NCBI GenBank assembly: GCA_964012805.1 | Contig: CAXGUD010000030.1 | Span: forward strand, 1-46,086 | Reading direction: 5' to 3' | Length of the DNA: 46,086 nt | DNA from: an uncultured Bacteriovoracaceae bacterium | GTDB taxonomy: Bacteria; Bdellovibrionota; Bacteriovoracia; Bacteriovoracales; Bacteriovoracaceae | Shown here: positions 8,798 through 18,749 of the stretch, in pieces | Layout of the letters: each line of letters starts with the position of its first letter | Position numbering within the stretch: the first letter of the stretch is position 1 | The notes under the pieces: model-generated | The model's database searches: none | The model's input: the letters and a program-made list of their open reading frames with translations, nothing else | What the model was told of the DNA's origin: nothing | Program-made: the position numbers and the translations under genes

Positions 8798-9484
8798 TTA
8801 GCTTCTTTTTGGTGGGGGTGGGAAAAGGTCTACTGTTGTTAAGCTTGTTCTTGATTCTTTTAACATTTCCATGAAAGTGGCCCGTGGAACTGCTTTTCCT
8901 CCCAGATTTTCGATGACAGGCGTGAGCATTTGGGTGTCGAGAAATGAGATATTGTTTTTGTTTAGATGAATCATGAGCTCGACAAGGGCAATTTTTGAAG
9001 TATTGGGGTCTGTAAAAAACATGCTTTCCCCGGAAACAAACTTATTAATGTGAACTCCATAAAGGCCACCTTTAAGCTCTCCATTTTTATTTTTTACTTC
9101 AACACTATAGGCATGGCCTGCGTAAAAAAGGTCAGTGTACGCCATCATAATTTCATTTGTAATCCAGGTACCAGTTTGACCTTTCCTATTATTTATTTGG
9201 GAACAATTTTGAATAACATCTTCAAATTGAGTGTTGTAAGTGACATCATACTTATTTTGTTTTATGAGTTTTTTTAAACTCCTTGAAATATGAAGGTCTT
9301 CAAATTTAAGAACGCCTCTAGGGTCAGGAGAAAACCATGCCAAAGGATAATGGGAAGAAATTGGCCAAGGAAAAATTCCCTCAGAATAGGCCAGAAGAAG
9401 GCTAGGGACCTCTAGGTCTCCACCCACTGCAAGAAGGCCTTCTTCATTTGCTTTATGAACTGGAGGGAAAGAAAGTATGGCCAC
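8798..9484 (-). CDS. aat: Leucyl/phenylalanyl-tRNA--protein transferase
   Basis: GLLAVGGDL, AYSEGIFPW, WFSPDPRG, GHAYSVEV, GGLYG, GESMF. Confidence 0.96.
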   Translation of the reverse strand: MAILSFPPVHKANEEGLLAVGGDLEVPSLLLAYSEGIFPWPISSHYPLAWFSPDPRGVLKFEDLHISRSLKKLIKQNKYDVTYNTQFEDVIQNCSQINNRKGQTGTWITNEIMMAYTDLFYAGHAYSVEVKNKNGELKGGLYGVHINKFVSGESMFFTDPNTSKIALVELMIHLNKNNISFLDTQMLTPVIENLGGKAVPRATFMEMLKESRTSLTTVDLFPPPPKRS

Positions 9485-9537
9485 TAAGCATTTCCTCTTT
9501 AATAGTTTTTAGAAAGAATGTCTTTATACTTCCACTT

Positions 9538-10674
9538 CTACTTTTGCGACTGAGTCCACTTGGTAATTTCATTAATTAAAAAAGATGAAATTGAAGCCCC
9601 TACCATGAGAGTTGTTTCAGATCCTTGGTGGATATTCTCATCTGTTTGCAAATAAGGAGCAATTTCCATCATGTCTGCTCCACTAATAGGAAATTCTTTG
9701 GCCAGGTCTTGAAGGATGACCATGGGGTCATGAGGCGAAAGACCGTTAGGCTCTGGGGTCCCTGTTGCCGATGCATAAGTGGAATCAAGTGCATCAATAT
9801 CAAAGCTTACGTAGAGCTCTTCTATTTTTTCCTCCCTAAGATAGGATAGGATTTTCTCTGTAATTGGTCCAGGACCTTGATTGATAACTTCGTCGGCCCA
9901 GTATTGTTGCACACCAAAAGTTTTTTCCCAGTGCTCTTTGGGGTGTCCACTAGAGCGGATGCCTATTTGAATAGCATGAGAGGGTTTTTGAAGGTCGCCA
10001 AGGATATGAGTAACCCAAGAGCCAAAGCATAAATCTATACCCAGCCTTTCAACGAGGAGGTCTGTATGGGCATCAAAATGGATGAGTGCAACTTTTTTTC
10101 CCTGTGTTTTTTTGGCCTTCAAGTAGGACTTTACAAGAGGATAGCTTGTAGAGTGGTCGCCTCCAATTCCAAAAAGGCCTTTTTTGGGAAAAACTTGATA
10201 AAAGGAGGAGGCAACATCTTCAGAAATTGAAAGAGGTCCTACAGGGAGGGGAGTATCATTTGTTCCGTAAAGGGCCTTTCGGCAGTTTTCTATTGTTCCT
10301 TCATTAAGGTACTTATCATGAAGAAGGTGGGGGATAACTCTTACATCGCCGAGGTCAAAATAAGGGATGTCCCCTTTAGCAGTTTCATTTTTAAGAAGGG
10401 CCTCTCTTAAAAAAAGGGGTCCCCAATTAGCTCCCCTTAAAATACCTCCACCTGTATCAGAACAAATTCCAAGAACAACGGCATGATTGGACTGAGGTAA
10501 ATGGTTTAATGAATCTTTCCAAAGGTTTTCCACTCCTTCACTTGTTCCAAAAACTTTTTTATGAAGACTTTCCCTCTTTTCTTTCGCCGTATGAATAGTA
10601 AAGACTCCATTACCAGGAGGGCAAAGTTCCAGTTCTAATTGTTCTTGAAGTTTCGACCAAGTCAGCTGATTCAT
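9538..10674 (-). CDS. Arginase/agmatinase (ureohydrolase) family protein
   Basis: GGDHS, HFDAHTD, SFDIDALD, TGTPEPNG Mn-binding motifs. Confidence 0.9.
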   Translation of the reverse strand: MNQLTWSKLQEQLELELCPPGNGVFTIHTAKEKRESLHKKVFGTSEGVENLWKDSLNHLPQSNHAVVLGICSDTGGGILRGANWGPLFLREALLKNETAKGDIPYFDLGDVRVIPHLLHDKYLNEGTIENCRKALYGTNDTPLPVGPLSISEDVASSFYQVFPKKGLFGIGGDHSTSYPLVKSYLKAKKTQGKKVALIHFDAHTDLLVERLGIDLCFGSWVTHILGDLQKPSHAIQIGIRSSGHPKEHWEKTFGVQQYWADEVINQGPGPITEKILSYLREEKIEELYVSFDIDALDSTYASATGTPEPNGLSPHDPMVILQDLAKEFPISGADMMEIAPYLQTDENIHQGSETTLMVGASISSFLINEITKWTQSQK

Positions 10675-10737
10675 TCTACTATTTCCTTTCTACCAAATAA
10701 TGAAAAATTCGCAATTGATTTTAAAATCACTTTTAAT

Positions 10738-11718
10738 TTAAGTAATAAGTCCTTCATGAATTTTGTTTTGTAAAAGTAAGTCCTTAAAAATACCATTCCA
10801 AAGAGCTTCCTTTTCTTTTTTTCTTTTCGCCATAACATATGATCTTAAGATATTTGCTTCAAATTTAATTATAAATTGATCGAGCTCTGTAAAAACACCA
10901 GCAATATGCGATGAAAGTTTGATATTTTTTAGATGAGAAAATTTATCGTATGAGACGGGTTCTTTTTCAAATACGTCTAAATAAGCAAAAGCTTTAGGGT
11001 GCTCCTCAAGGAAATAGATGAGGTCCAATTCGTTAACCAATTTGCCTCTAGAAGGGTTTATAAAGAGAACATTTTTTTTCATTCGTTTAAAGATACTTTT
11101 ATTGATAAAGCCAATATTTTTTTCATTTAGGCTGCACGCTAAAATAACTATATCGGCCCTTTCTAGAGGACCGTCCTCAATAGAAGGAAAACCTTTAAAT
11201 GGATCAAAAATAATAACCTCTTTTACGATAGGGCTGAGGCTTGCTTTAAGAATAGATCCAATATATCCGTAACCTATTATAGCAATAGTTTTTTGGCATA
11301 AAAGGTTTCGATTCCATTCCCTATTAATATTCCAGGAGTTTTCGTTTGGGATGCATGTTTCTCTCTCAAAAATTGAAGAGAGGATGTAGTTAGAGACGGC
11401 TTGCGCTCGGACGGGATTGCCTAAAATGATGGGCACTCCCGATTCTGTGACAAAATCTTTTGAAAAATTGTCATAACCAGAGTTGGGGTGAACAATAAGT
11501 TCGACACTTTTAAAGTCTAATTTGTTGTGCGGCGAGTCTTTGCCTGGCTTAAAGTGAGTGTTTGTAAGAAGGACTTGGGGAGACCCTTCCTCTAAAGTGT
11601 CTAAATAGCGAATCCCTTCAATTTGCTCCAAGGAGCTTTTTTCCCATTCCTTAAATTTTTGACTTTGATAGGGAGAAACGCCGGTTCTGTATACATTAAG
11701 AGCTATATCTGTTGACAT
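10738..11718 (-). CDS. D-isomer-specific 2-hydroxyacid dehydrogenase family protein
   Basis: IIGYGYIG Rossmann motif, INPSRG, LDVFEKEP, SHIAG. Confidence 0.88.
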   Translation of the reverse strand: MSTDIALNVYRTGVSPYQSQKFKEWEKSSLEQIEGIRYLDTLEEGSPQVLLTNTHFKPGKDSPHNKLDFKSVELIVHPNSGYDNFSKDFVTESGVPIILGNPVRAQAVSNYILSSIFERETCIPNENSWNINREWNRNLLCQKTIAIIGYGYIGSILKASLSPIVKEVIIFDPFKGFPSIEDGPLERADIVILACSLNEKNIGFINKSIFKRMKKNVLFINPSRGKLVNELDLIYFLEEHPKAFAYLDVFEKEPVSYDKFSHLKNIKLSSHIAGVFTELDQFIIKFEANILRSYVMAKRKKEKEALWNGIFKDLLLQNKIHEGLIT

Positions 11719-11888
11719 GGCTTACCTATAGCATAAACCTCTGTTATGGGAAATCTTCTTTTTTTGGTACCTAGGGGAGAAAGATAATTGGATGGTTTTT
11801 CTTGAAATTTGAGGGGGGATCATCTAGAAAGAGTTACTCGTAACGTTAATTTATTAATTATCAGAATGCAGTATAATAAGAGAAGGGA

Positions 11889-12662
11889 GTGTCCTTTATG
11901 ATTTCAATTAAATCGTCCAGAGAAATTGAATTGATGCGTAAAACATGTAAGCTGGCTTCTTCCACCCTCGAGTTTATTGAACCTTACGTTAAGCCAGGTG
12001 TTAGCACTGAAGAATTAAATAAATTGTGCCACGAGTATATTTTAGATCATGGTGCTTACCCTTCGCCACTTAACTACCATGGTTTTCCTAAATCTATATG
12101 TACCTCTCCAAATGAGGTGATTTGTCATGGTATCCCAGATAAGAAAGTGATAATAAAAGATGGAGATATCCTAAACATAGATGTCACTACATACCTTAAT
12201 AAATTTCACGGTGATACAAATAAAACTTTCTTTGTAGGAGAGGTTGATCCATCTATAAAGAAGCTTGTTGAAGTAACATACCAGTCTCTTAGAGAGGCCA
12301 TAAAGACTGTGAGACCAGGTTCAAGGTTAGGTGACATTGGAGCGGCTATTCAAGAAGTCGTTGAGCCTCATGGATATAGCATTGTTGAGGACTATTGTGG
12401 TCATGGAATTGGAAGAGAGTTTCATGAAGAGCCTCAAGTTGTTCATGTTGGTGAGAAAGGAACGGGTGTCGAGTTGAAAGAGGGAATGACTTTCACAATA
12501 GAGCCTATGATTAACCTTGGGAAAAAAGAAGGTCGTATATTAAAAGATGGATGGACTGTTATAACCAAAGATAAAAAATGGTCGGCTCAGTTTGAACATA
12601 CCATTTTGGTGACCAAAGACGGATCAGAAATTTTAACTTTAAGAAAAGAAGAAACTCCTTAA
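11889..12662 (+). CDS. map: Methionine aminopeptidase type I (start may be ATG 11898)
   Basis: FPKSICTSPNEVICHGIP, GDILNIDVT, GHGIG, FHEEP, TIEPM, AQFEHT. Confidence 0.97.
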   Translation: MSFMISIKSSREIELMRKTCKLASSTLEFIEPYVKPGVSTEELNKLCHEYILDHGAYPSPLNYHGFPKSICTSPNEVICHGIPDKKVIIKDGDILNIDVTTYLNKFHGDTNKTFFVGEVDPSIKKLVEVTYQSLREAIKTVRPGSRLGDIGAAIQEVVEPHGYSIVEDYCGHGIGREFHEEPQVVHVGEKGTGVELKEGMTFTIEPMINLGKKEGRILKDGWTVITKDKKWSAQFEHTILVTKDGSEILTLRKEETP

Positions 12663-12668
12663 GCTTAT

Positions 12669-13535
12669 ATGGAATCTTTAGAAAGTCACAGAATTAATCC
12701 TCGCCACATGGTAAGACCTCTCTTTTTTGATGAAGAGGTTTACTTTGATGATCAATGTTCTGGTGGGAGAATATCTCTTTATTTAGAAGTTGATAAAAAG
12801 AAAAGTCGAATTAGCTCCTTAAGTTTTTTCCAAGAAACGGTTTCATTTTGGACACCTTTCTTCTCAGCTCTTTGTGAATTATCAAGAGGAATGAGACTTG
12901 GTGAGGCAAAAGGTTTGTCTTGGGTGGATTTTTTAAATTATTTTGAAAAAGACCAGGAAATGAGCTTGATGGTTGAAAACTGTAAGCTGCCTCTTATTAA
13001 CAAGCCTCTTTTTCTTTTATCTAACCTCATCGACCGCTTTGCCCACACTGAAGTTAAAGCTCCTGATGAAGCTTTAGGTGGCGGAAAGTTGATTTGCCGT
13101 TGTTTTGGGGTTTATGAAAAAGAAATTCAAAGCGTAATTAGTAAAGAAGGTTTTTCATCTTTTAGAGGGATTTTGGATGAAACCTGCGCTGGTGGTGGCT
13201 GCGCTACCTGCAAACCCCAGATTCAAGAAATACTTTCCAGAGAGTCTTTTAAAGGACCAACTCTTTTTGATTCTTTCAAGGAAACGGGTAAAGTGCCCCG
13301 TATAGATGGTATGACTCCTGTCGAAGTCATTTTGAAGTCGGAAGAGCTTTTAAATAACTTTGAAGAGAAAGAAGGTGATTGTCATCGTTTTGAAATCTTA
13401 GGACTTCGTGGGCGTTGTTTGGATATAAAATCTTTTTCAGAGAACGATCCTCTGTTGGCCCATCAGGTAGAACGCCTTTTGAAACAAGGTGTTTCAAGAG
13501 AACTTTCCGTTAAACTCAGTCATGTTTTCGAATAG
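12669..13535 (+). CDS. NifU-like protein with intact BFD-like [2Fe-2S] domain
   Basis: LICRCFGV...CAGGGCATC; IscU-like N-terminus (QCSGGRISLYLEV; LCELSRGMRLGEA). Confidence 0.75.
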   Translation: MESLESHRINPRHMVRPLFFDEEVYFDDQCSGGRISLYLEVDKKKSRISSLSFFQETVSFWTPFFSALCELSRGMRLGEAKGLSWVDFLNYFEKDQEMSLMVENCKLPLINKPLFLLSNLIDRFAHTEVKAPDEALGGGKLICRCFGVYEKEIQSVISKEGFSSFRGILDETCAGGGCATCKPQIQEILSRESFKGPTLFDSFKETGKVPRIDGMTPVEVILKSEELLNNFEEKEGDCHRFEILGLRGRCLDIKSFSENDPLLAHQVERLLKQGVSRELSVKLSHVFE

Positions 13536-15568
13536 TTTTTTCTTAAAACTCTTCTCATAACTTTATTTGAAGATGTCCTTGGGAGCGAGTCAGCTAGTAC
13601 TATATCGGATACCTTAAATAATGGATTCAAATCTTTTTTTAAGATTGAGGAAAGCTCTTTTAAAAGTTGTTCCTTTGTTGTGCTCGAAATTTTTTCTTTA
13701 TCAGCAATAGTATAGATTACAAGGTTACTTGGTCCCCCACCTTCAGGAGTTACTCCTATAGCAGCCGATTCGTGAATCCATTCAAGTGTTCCAATGGTTC
13801 TTTCAATTTCTGCTGAGCTAATTTTAATTCCTCCTAAATTCATTGTATCGTCTGCACGCCCTAAAGCTCTATAAAATGGGCCAGCGGCTTTTTCAAGCTG
13901 ATCTCCATGACGCCTTAGAGGACGACCATTGGATGATGTTTTTGTATCTTTAAAATAAACGTCGTGGTGATCTCTGTTAAGAAGAGTCTCAGAAAGTCCT
14001 ATGGAAGGAGGAACGATAAAAGCTTCTCCCTCTTGGGCCGAGTTATCATTTTCATCCAAGAGCTCAATATCTAATCCAAGAGTTGGAGTTGTAAAGGTTG
14101 CTGGTGAAGCATTATGAAGAAGAGTTCCTGTTATATAACCTCCTCCAATTTCTGTTCCTCCACAGTATTCAATGACAGGCTTATAATCCGCTAGATACAT
14201 GAGGTAACTATAGTCTTCGGAGTTTGAGCACTCGCCTGTTGAACTGAAGCATTTGATATGCCTCCAGTTTTTATCTTCCATAGATTTGGACTGTTTCCAA
14301 GCCTTAACGATACTCGGAACAAGACCTAGGACATTAACTTTGGCCTCTTCAACAAATGAACCAAACTCTTCGCTTGTTGGAACTCCATAATAAAGTGCTA
14401 TAGTTCCTTTATTGATAAGGGTCGCAAAGATGAGCCATGGGCCCATCATCCATCCTAAATTAGTTGGCCAACAAACAATATCTCCCTTTTGAATATCTTG
14501 ATGAAAATATCCATCCATGGCCGATTTGATAGGCGTTAAGTGGCTCCAGGGTATGGCCTTTGGCTCACCTGTTGTCCCCGATGAAAAAAGAATGTTTATA
14601 ATATCTTGAGGGTCACATAGGCATGCTTTGTCTAACTTTTCTTCCTTTAAAAAGTCGTGGAAAAGAGTATCTTCTTTTCTCAATTGAGGAGGATTTTCTT
14701 TTTCAAGTGGTATGACAAAAATATTGTCTGCTTTGGCTTCAATAATCCTTTCATAAAGAGGAATTTTTTTTGATGCCCTTTCCATAAAGTCCATTGTAAA
14801 GATTGCTTTGGCCTTGGAAATTCTTAGCCTCGTTTCAATTTCTTGGGGTGAGAAGCTATCAGCGATACTAACGACAGCGCAACCGCTCAAAACAATGCCT
14901 AAGTAAAGGGCAACTGATTCAACTGTCATAGGCATCATAATGGCGATAGCATCACCTTTTTGAAACCCTTGCTTTTTCAATGAGGCAGCAATTTTTAAAG
15001 AAAAAAGTTTTAACTCACCCTGAGACATAGTTTGAAGTTCACCTTTTTCTTTTTGAAACACAACCGCAGTATCATCATCCTTTCTTTGAAAGCAACTCTC
15101 AGCGATATTTAACTTCGCATTTGGGAACCATATTGGCGTTTCAAAACTCTTTTTAGAGTCAACTACTTTGGAAAATGATTTTTGAAACTTAATTCCCAGG
15201 AGCTTGATTGTGTCTTCCCAAAATTCATCATAGTTATCAACGCTCCAACGGTGGAGCTCTTCATAGGTTTGCTTTTTTATTTTTTCATTCTTTTGTATGA
15301 ATTTATAAAGGTTGGTTCTTTTTTGCTGCTCTATTTTAGGAACCCACCATGGAACAGGCCCTTTTTCTTTTTCATCCCAGTTTTGAAAAATATATGAGTG
15401 AATTACTTTGTGTTTAGAAAAATCAGTGATGTTGGGAAGGATATCATCACAAACTTTTTGCCAAAGTTCCTCCTCCCTCAACTCAGAGTTAATTAGTTGG
15501 TCAAGTTGGTCGGAAACTTTTTTATTATTTAGGCCAATTGTTTCGAGTATTGCATTAGAAAGGCGCAT
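13520..15568 (-). CDS. Acyl-CoA synthetase (AMP-forming; acetyl-CoA synthetase/AAE17-18-like)
   Basis: FSSGTTGEPKA P-loop, WPTNLGWMMGPW, CGGTE, RHGD, GRADD, LPRTSSNK. Confidence 0.92.
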   Translation of the reverse strand: MRLSNAILETIGLNNKKVSDQLDQLINSELREEELWQKVCDDILPNITDFSKHKVIHSYIFQNWDEKEKGPVPWWVPKIEQQKRTNLYKFIQKNEKIKKQTYEELHRWSVDNYDEFWEDTIKLLGIKFQKSFSKVVDSKKSFETPIWFPNAKLNIAESCFQRKDDDTAVVFQKEKGELQTMSQGELKLFSLKIAASLKKQGFQKGDAIAIMMPMTVESVALYLGIVLSGCAVVSIADSFSPQEIETRLRISKAKAIFTMDFMERASKKIPLYERIIEAKADNIFVIPLEKENPPQLRKEDTLFHDFLKEEKLDKACLCDPQDIINILFSSGTTGEPKAIPWSHLTPIKSAMDGYFHQDIQKGDIVCWPTNLGWMMGPWLIFATLINKGTIALYYGVPTSEEFGSFVEEAKVNVLGLVPSIVKAWKQSKSMEDKNWRHIKCFSSTGECSNSEDYSYLMYLADYKPVIEYCGGTEIGGGYITGTLLHNASPATFTTPTLGLDIELLDENDNSAQEGEAFIVPPSIGLSETLLNRDHHDVYFKDTKTSSNGRPLRRHGDQLEKAAGPFYRALGRADDTMNLGGIKISSAEIERTIGTLEWIHESAAIGVTPEGGGPSNLVIYTIADKEKISSTTKEQLLKELSSILKKDLNPLFKVSDIVLADSLPRTSSNKVMRRVLRKNYSKT

Positions 15569-15732
15569 TGTGCTATCTCTTTTAAAACTTTGTTGTCATT
15601 TTTCTTAGGAAAATTACCAAAATTTGCGCTTATTCTCAATGAACGTTTTGATAATGATCAAGCTTCTTTATCTAGGTCCGATATGTTTAATATTCGATCT
15701 TTTTGAAAATAGTTTTTTTTTAGAGGTTTTCC

Positions 15733-16122
15733 ATGGCAAAAATTCTTATCGTTGAAGATTCTGATTCAGTAAGGATAAGTTTAAAAAATATTTTGACTCC
15801 TGATGGTCATGAAATCACTGAGGCAGTAAATGGTTTAGACGCATTGAGAAGGCTTGAGGAGAGCCAAGACTTTGATGTAATTCTTTGTGACATAAATATG
15901 CCTGAAATGAACGGCATGGAGTTTATAAAAGAGCAATGCAATAACGATGGTTATCGTGATATACCCACGGTTATGTGCACAACAGAGTCGCACCCAAGGT
16001 TGACTTCTGAAGCAAAACAGACAGGAGTTGTTCGCGCTTGGCTAATGAAGCCCTTTAAACCCGAAATTTTGAAGGCCACAATTGATAGAATAATCAAAGA
16101 AAAAGAATTAAAAAAGAAATAA
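15733..16122 (+). CDS. Single-domain response regulator (CheY-like)
   Basis: ILIVEDS, ILCDINMP, TTES, MKPF: intact phosphoacceptor set. Confidence 0.92.
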   Translation: MAKILIVEDSDSVRISLKNILTPDGHEITEAVNGLDALRRLEESQDFDVILCDINMPEMNGMEFIKEQCNNDGYRDIPTVMCTTESHPRLTSEAKQTGVVRAWLMKPFKPEILKATIDRIIKEKELKKK

Positions 16123-16153
16123 AAGCTTCAGGAAAATTTGTTTTTTTAGTTGT

Positions 16154-16774
16154 TTAGGTCTTTTTATTACACTTTCTTATAACCTTCTCTATTTTCTTAA
16201 GCCTCATAAAAATCGCCTCAATTTTACCTTTTTCGCTAAGTAATTTTTGAGGGTTTATTTCCTCCTGAAGATAGCGGAACCTTTGGACAAAGTAGTTGAA
16301 TTCCGGAATAGCTTTATAAAGGCAGTCGGCTCGATTCGTTAGGCTTTGCAGCGAGATTAAGTAGTTAAAGAAGAGGTTTGGTACTTTTTGTTGTAGTGTT
16401 TCAGTTGCGGCCTTTTGCAGGCGGAAAACTTTTTCATTGTCTCTATCAAATTCATAAATACTCTTCCCCTCGACCAAAAGCTTTCTAAGAAAATTAACAG
16501 ACGGTGAGAAATCACTTCCGAGACAAATTTCTTTTATAATATCTTCTTTAACTTTCATTAAGTTTCCGCTGGAGACCTCACTTATAAGTTTTTGATTCAA
16601 ATCATATATTGGGCCACGAATTTTCTTTTTGTGAAGCATCATCTCTTCCATACCAAGACACTGAAGTATGCTTTGGTATGTTTTTTCTGCCTTGAGGGTT
16701 AAGGAGAAAGAAAAAAAGATAAGAAAATAGATTATGGGCATATAATTTTTATTGAGGCTTTTCTTTTCGGTCAT
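16154..16774 (-). CDS. Hypothetical secreted helical protein
   Basis: Signal-peptide-like N-terminus; 4 Cys; no known motif. Confidence 0.65.
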   Translation of the reverse strand: MTEKKSLNKNYMPIIYFLIFFSFSLTLKAEKTYQSILQCLGMEEMMLHKKKIRGPIYDLNQKLISEVSSGNLMKVKEDIIKEICLGSDFSPSVNFLRKLLVEGKSIYEFDRDNEKVFRLQKAATETLQQKVPNLFFNYLISLQSLTNRADCLYKAIPEFNYFVQRFRYLQEEINPQKLLSEKGKIEAIFMRLKKIEKVIRKCNKKT

Positions 16775-16928
16775 GGTTTTTCTTTTTGTTGCGTGTTGTT
16801 AGTTTGGAGAGTTCTTTTTTACAAAAAGCCCTCAGGATTATATATAACTATACCAAATATCGACATAGTAGTTTAGCTTCTTAAAAATTTTGTTCCTTTT
16901 TGAGTACTAATAAAAGAGAGATTTCCTT

Positions 16929-17690
16929 TTGAAAGAAATGAGTTTTACGGAACATTTAGAGGAATTGAGGACAACACTTATTAGAGTCGCTGTCATTTTG
17001 GTTGGTACTTTTATTATTACCTACCTTTTTGGAGCACCTATTGCCGAGTTTTTACTTCAACCATTAAGGGATGCTCTTGCTCAGAGGTCTGGGGACTTGG
17101 GGGGAGTGGCCTCATCTGATAAAATAGTTTACTTAGGTATTTTGGACAAAGTCATTTCTCAGCTTCAAGTAGCTTTTTGGTCATCGATGATAATCTCTTC
17201 TCCCCTATGGTTTCTTGAACTTTGGCGTTTTATAAAGCCTGGGCTTTATGATCACGAGCTAAAGGCAGTAAGGCCGTTCCTTTTTGTTGGCTTTTTGCTT
17301 TTTTTACTAGGAATTTTGTTTGGCTATTATCTGGTCTTTCCGTTCACCTTTGAAACATTATTAAACTTTGGTGTTTCTGAAGTGCAAGCGATGATCAGTC
17401 TGAGGGATTACCTCGTTTTATCTTCAAAGATCTTAGTTCTTTTAGGGTTTCTTTTTCAATTGCCAAATGTGATGTTGATTCTAGGGTTCATGGGTGTGGT
17501 TACAAAGCAGAGCTTGAGGAAAATGAGGCGGTATGTTTATGTGGGCTTTGCAGTTCTCTCTGCTTGTTTAACTCCTCCTGATATTTTAACGATGATGGGC
17601 CTATGGTTTCCAATGATGCTTTTGTTTGAAGTCGGGATCTGGGTTGTTGCCTTTATTGTGCATCCATATTTAGAAAGGCAACATACTTAA
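16929..17690 (+). CDS. tatC: Twin-arginine translocase subunit TatC
   Basis: MSFTEHLEELR, FIKPGLY..E, FQLP, LTPPD; six TM segments. Confidence 0.96.
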   Translation: MKEMSFTEHLEELRTTLIRVAVILVGTFIITYLFGAPIAEFLLQPLRDALAQRSGDLGGVASSDKIVYLGILDKVISQLQVAFWSSMIISSPLWFLELWRFIKPGLYDHELKAVRPFLFVGFLLFLLGILFGYYLVFPFTFETLLNFGVSEVQAMISLRDYLVLSSKILVLLGFLFQLPNVMLILGFMGVVTKQSLRKMRRYVYVGFAVLSACLTPPDILTMMGLWFPMMLLFEVGIWVVAFIVHPYLERQHT

Positions 17691-17706
17691 AAAAGGAAGA
17701 TAAAAA

Positions 17707-18696
17707 ATGATTATTGTGACTGGTGGAGCTGGTTTTATTGGAAGTGCTCTTGTAGGAGAACTGTTTAATCAAGGCCACAAAGATATAGTTGTTGTCGATT
17801 CAAGTGAAGACTTTAAAAATTGTTCTAACTTAAGTCCTTACAAGGAACGTTTGTCGTGTACTTTCTCTGCTTGGGATTTCCTGGAAGGAGAAAAGGCAAA
17901 ATCGATCTATTCTAAGATAACTGCTATTTTTCATATGGGTGCATGCTCTTCAACAACTGAAAAAAATTTGGAATTTTTGAGAAGAAATAATGTTGAATAT
18001 TCTCAGAAAATTTTTAAGTTGGCCGTTGAGCTGGGCGTTCCACTTGTCTACGCAAGTAGTGCCGCGACCTATGGAAATGGTGATGAAGGTTATTCTGATG
18101 ACCACTCCTTAATAGACAGCTTGAAGCCTCTTAATCCCTACGGGGATTCTAAGCAGGTCTTTGATATTTGGGCCCTTGCTCAGGAAAGAAAACCTCCTTT
18201 TTGGTGCGGCTTAAAGTTCTTTAATGTTTATGGTCCTAATGAATACCATAAAGGAGAAATGAGGAGTCTTGTCCACAAGGCGTTTCATCAGATAAATGAA
18301 AAGGGTTTTGTTGGCCTTTTTAAATCCTATAAAGAGCCTTATGAAGACGGTGAACAATTGAGGGATTTTGTTTATGTAAAGGATGTTGTGAGGGCCATGA
18401 TTTTAATGCTAAAAAATGGTGATCCAAGTTATTGTGGCATGTATAATTTAGGTACGGGGAAGGCGAGAAGTTTTTTAGACCTTGTGAAAGCGGTTTTTTA
18501 TGCCCTTGAAAAAGAACCCAAGGTTGAATTTATTGATATGCCAGATTCCATAAAAGGTCAGTATCAATATTTCACTGAAGCTAAAATGGATAAGTTTCAT
18601 GCATTCCTCCCTGAGTTTCAATTTTCTTCTCTTGAAGACGGAGTTCTCGACTATGTCTCTAATCACCTTTCGCAAGCGGATGCTCACTATTCTTAA
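17707..18696 (+). CDS. hldD: ADP-L-glycero-D-manno-heptose 6-epimerase
   Basis: IVTGGAGFIGS, HMGACSSTTE, YASSAATYG, YGDSK, FFNVYGPNEYHKG, YQYFTEA. Confidence 0.95.
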   Translation: MIIVTGGAGFIGSALVGELFNQGHKDIVVVDSSEDFKNCSNLSPYKERLSCTFSAWDFLEGEKAKSIYSKITAIFHMGACSSTTEKNLEFLRRNNVEYSQKIFKLAVELGVPLVYASSAATYGNGDEGYSDDHSLIDSLKPLNPYGDSKQVFDIWALAQERKPPFWCGLKFFNVYGPNEYHKGEMRSLVHKAFHQINEKGFVGLFKSYKEPYEDGEQLRDFVYVKDVVRAMILMLKNGDPSYCGMYNLGTGKARSFLDLVKAVFYALEKEPKVEFIDMPDSIKGQYQYFTEAKMDKFHAFLPEFQFSSLEDGVLDYVSNHLSQADAHYS

Positions 18697-18749
18697 ATTT
18701 ATTAAGTTGATTGAGAAAGCGGTCCCTGAAAGAGAAAAGGGAGTGACTA

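Noticed and set aside
4324..9484. Functional link between tRNA-Leu and the nearby Leu/Phe-tRNA-protein transferase
   Set aside because: 4.4 kb apart with unrelated genes between and no shared operon; probably coincidence.
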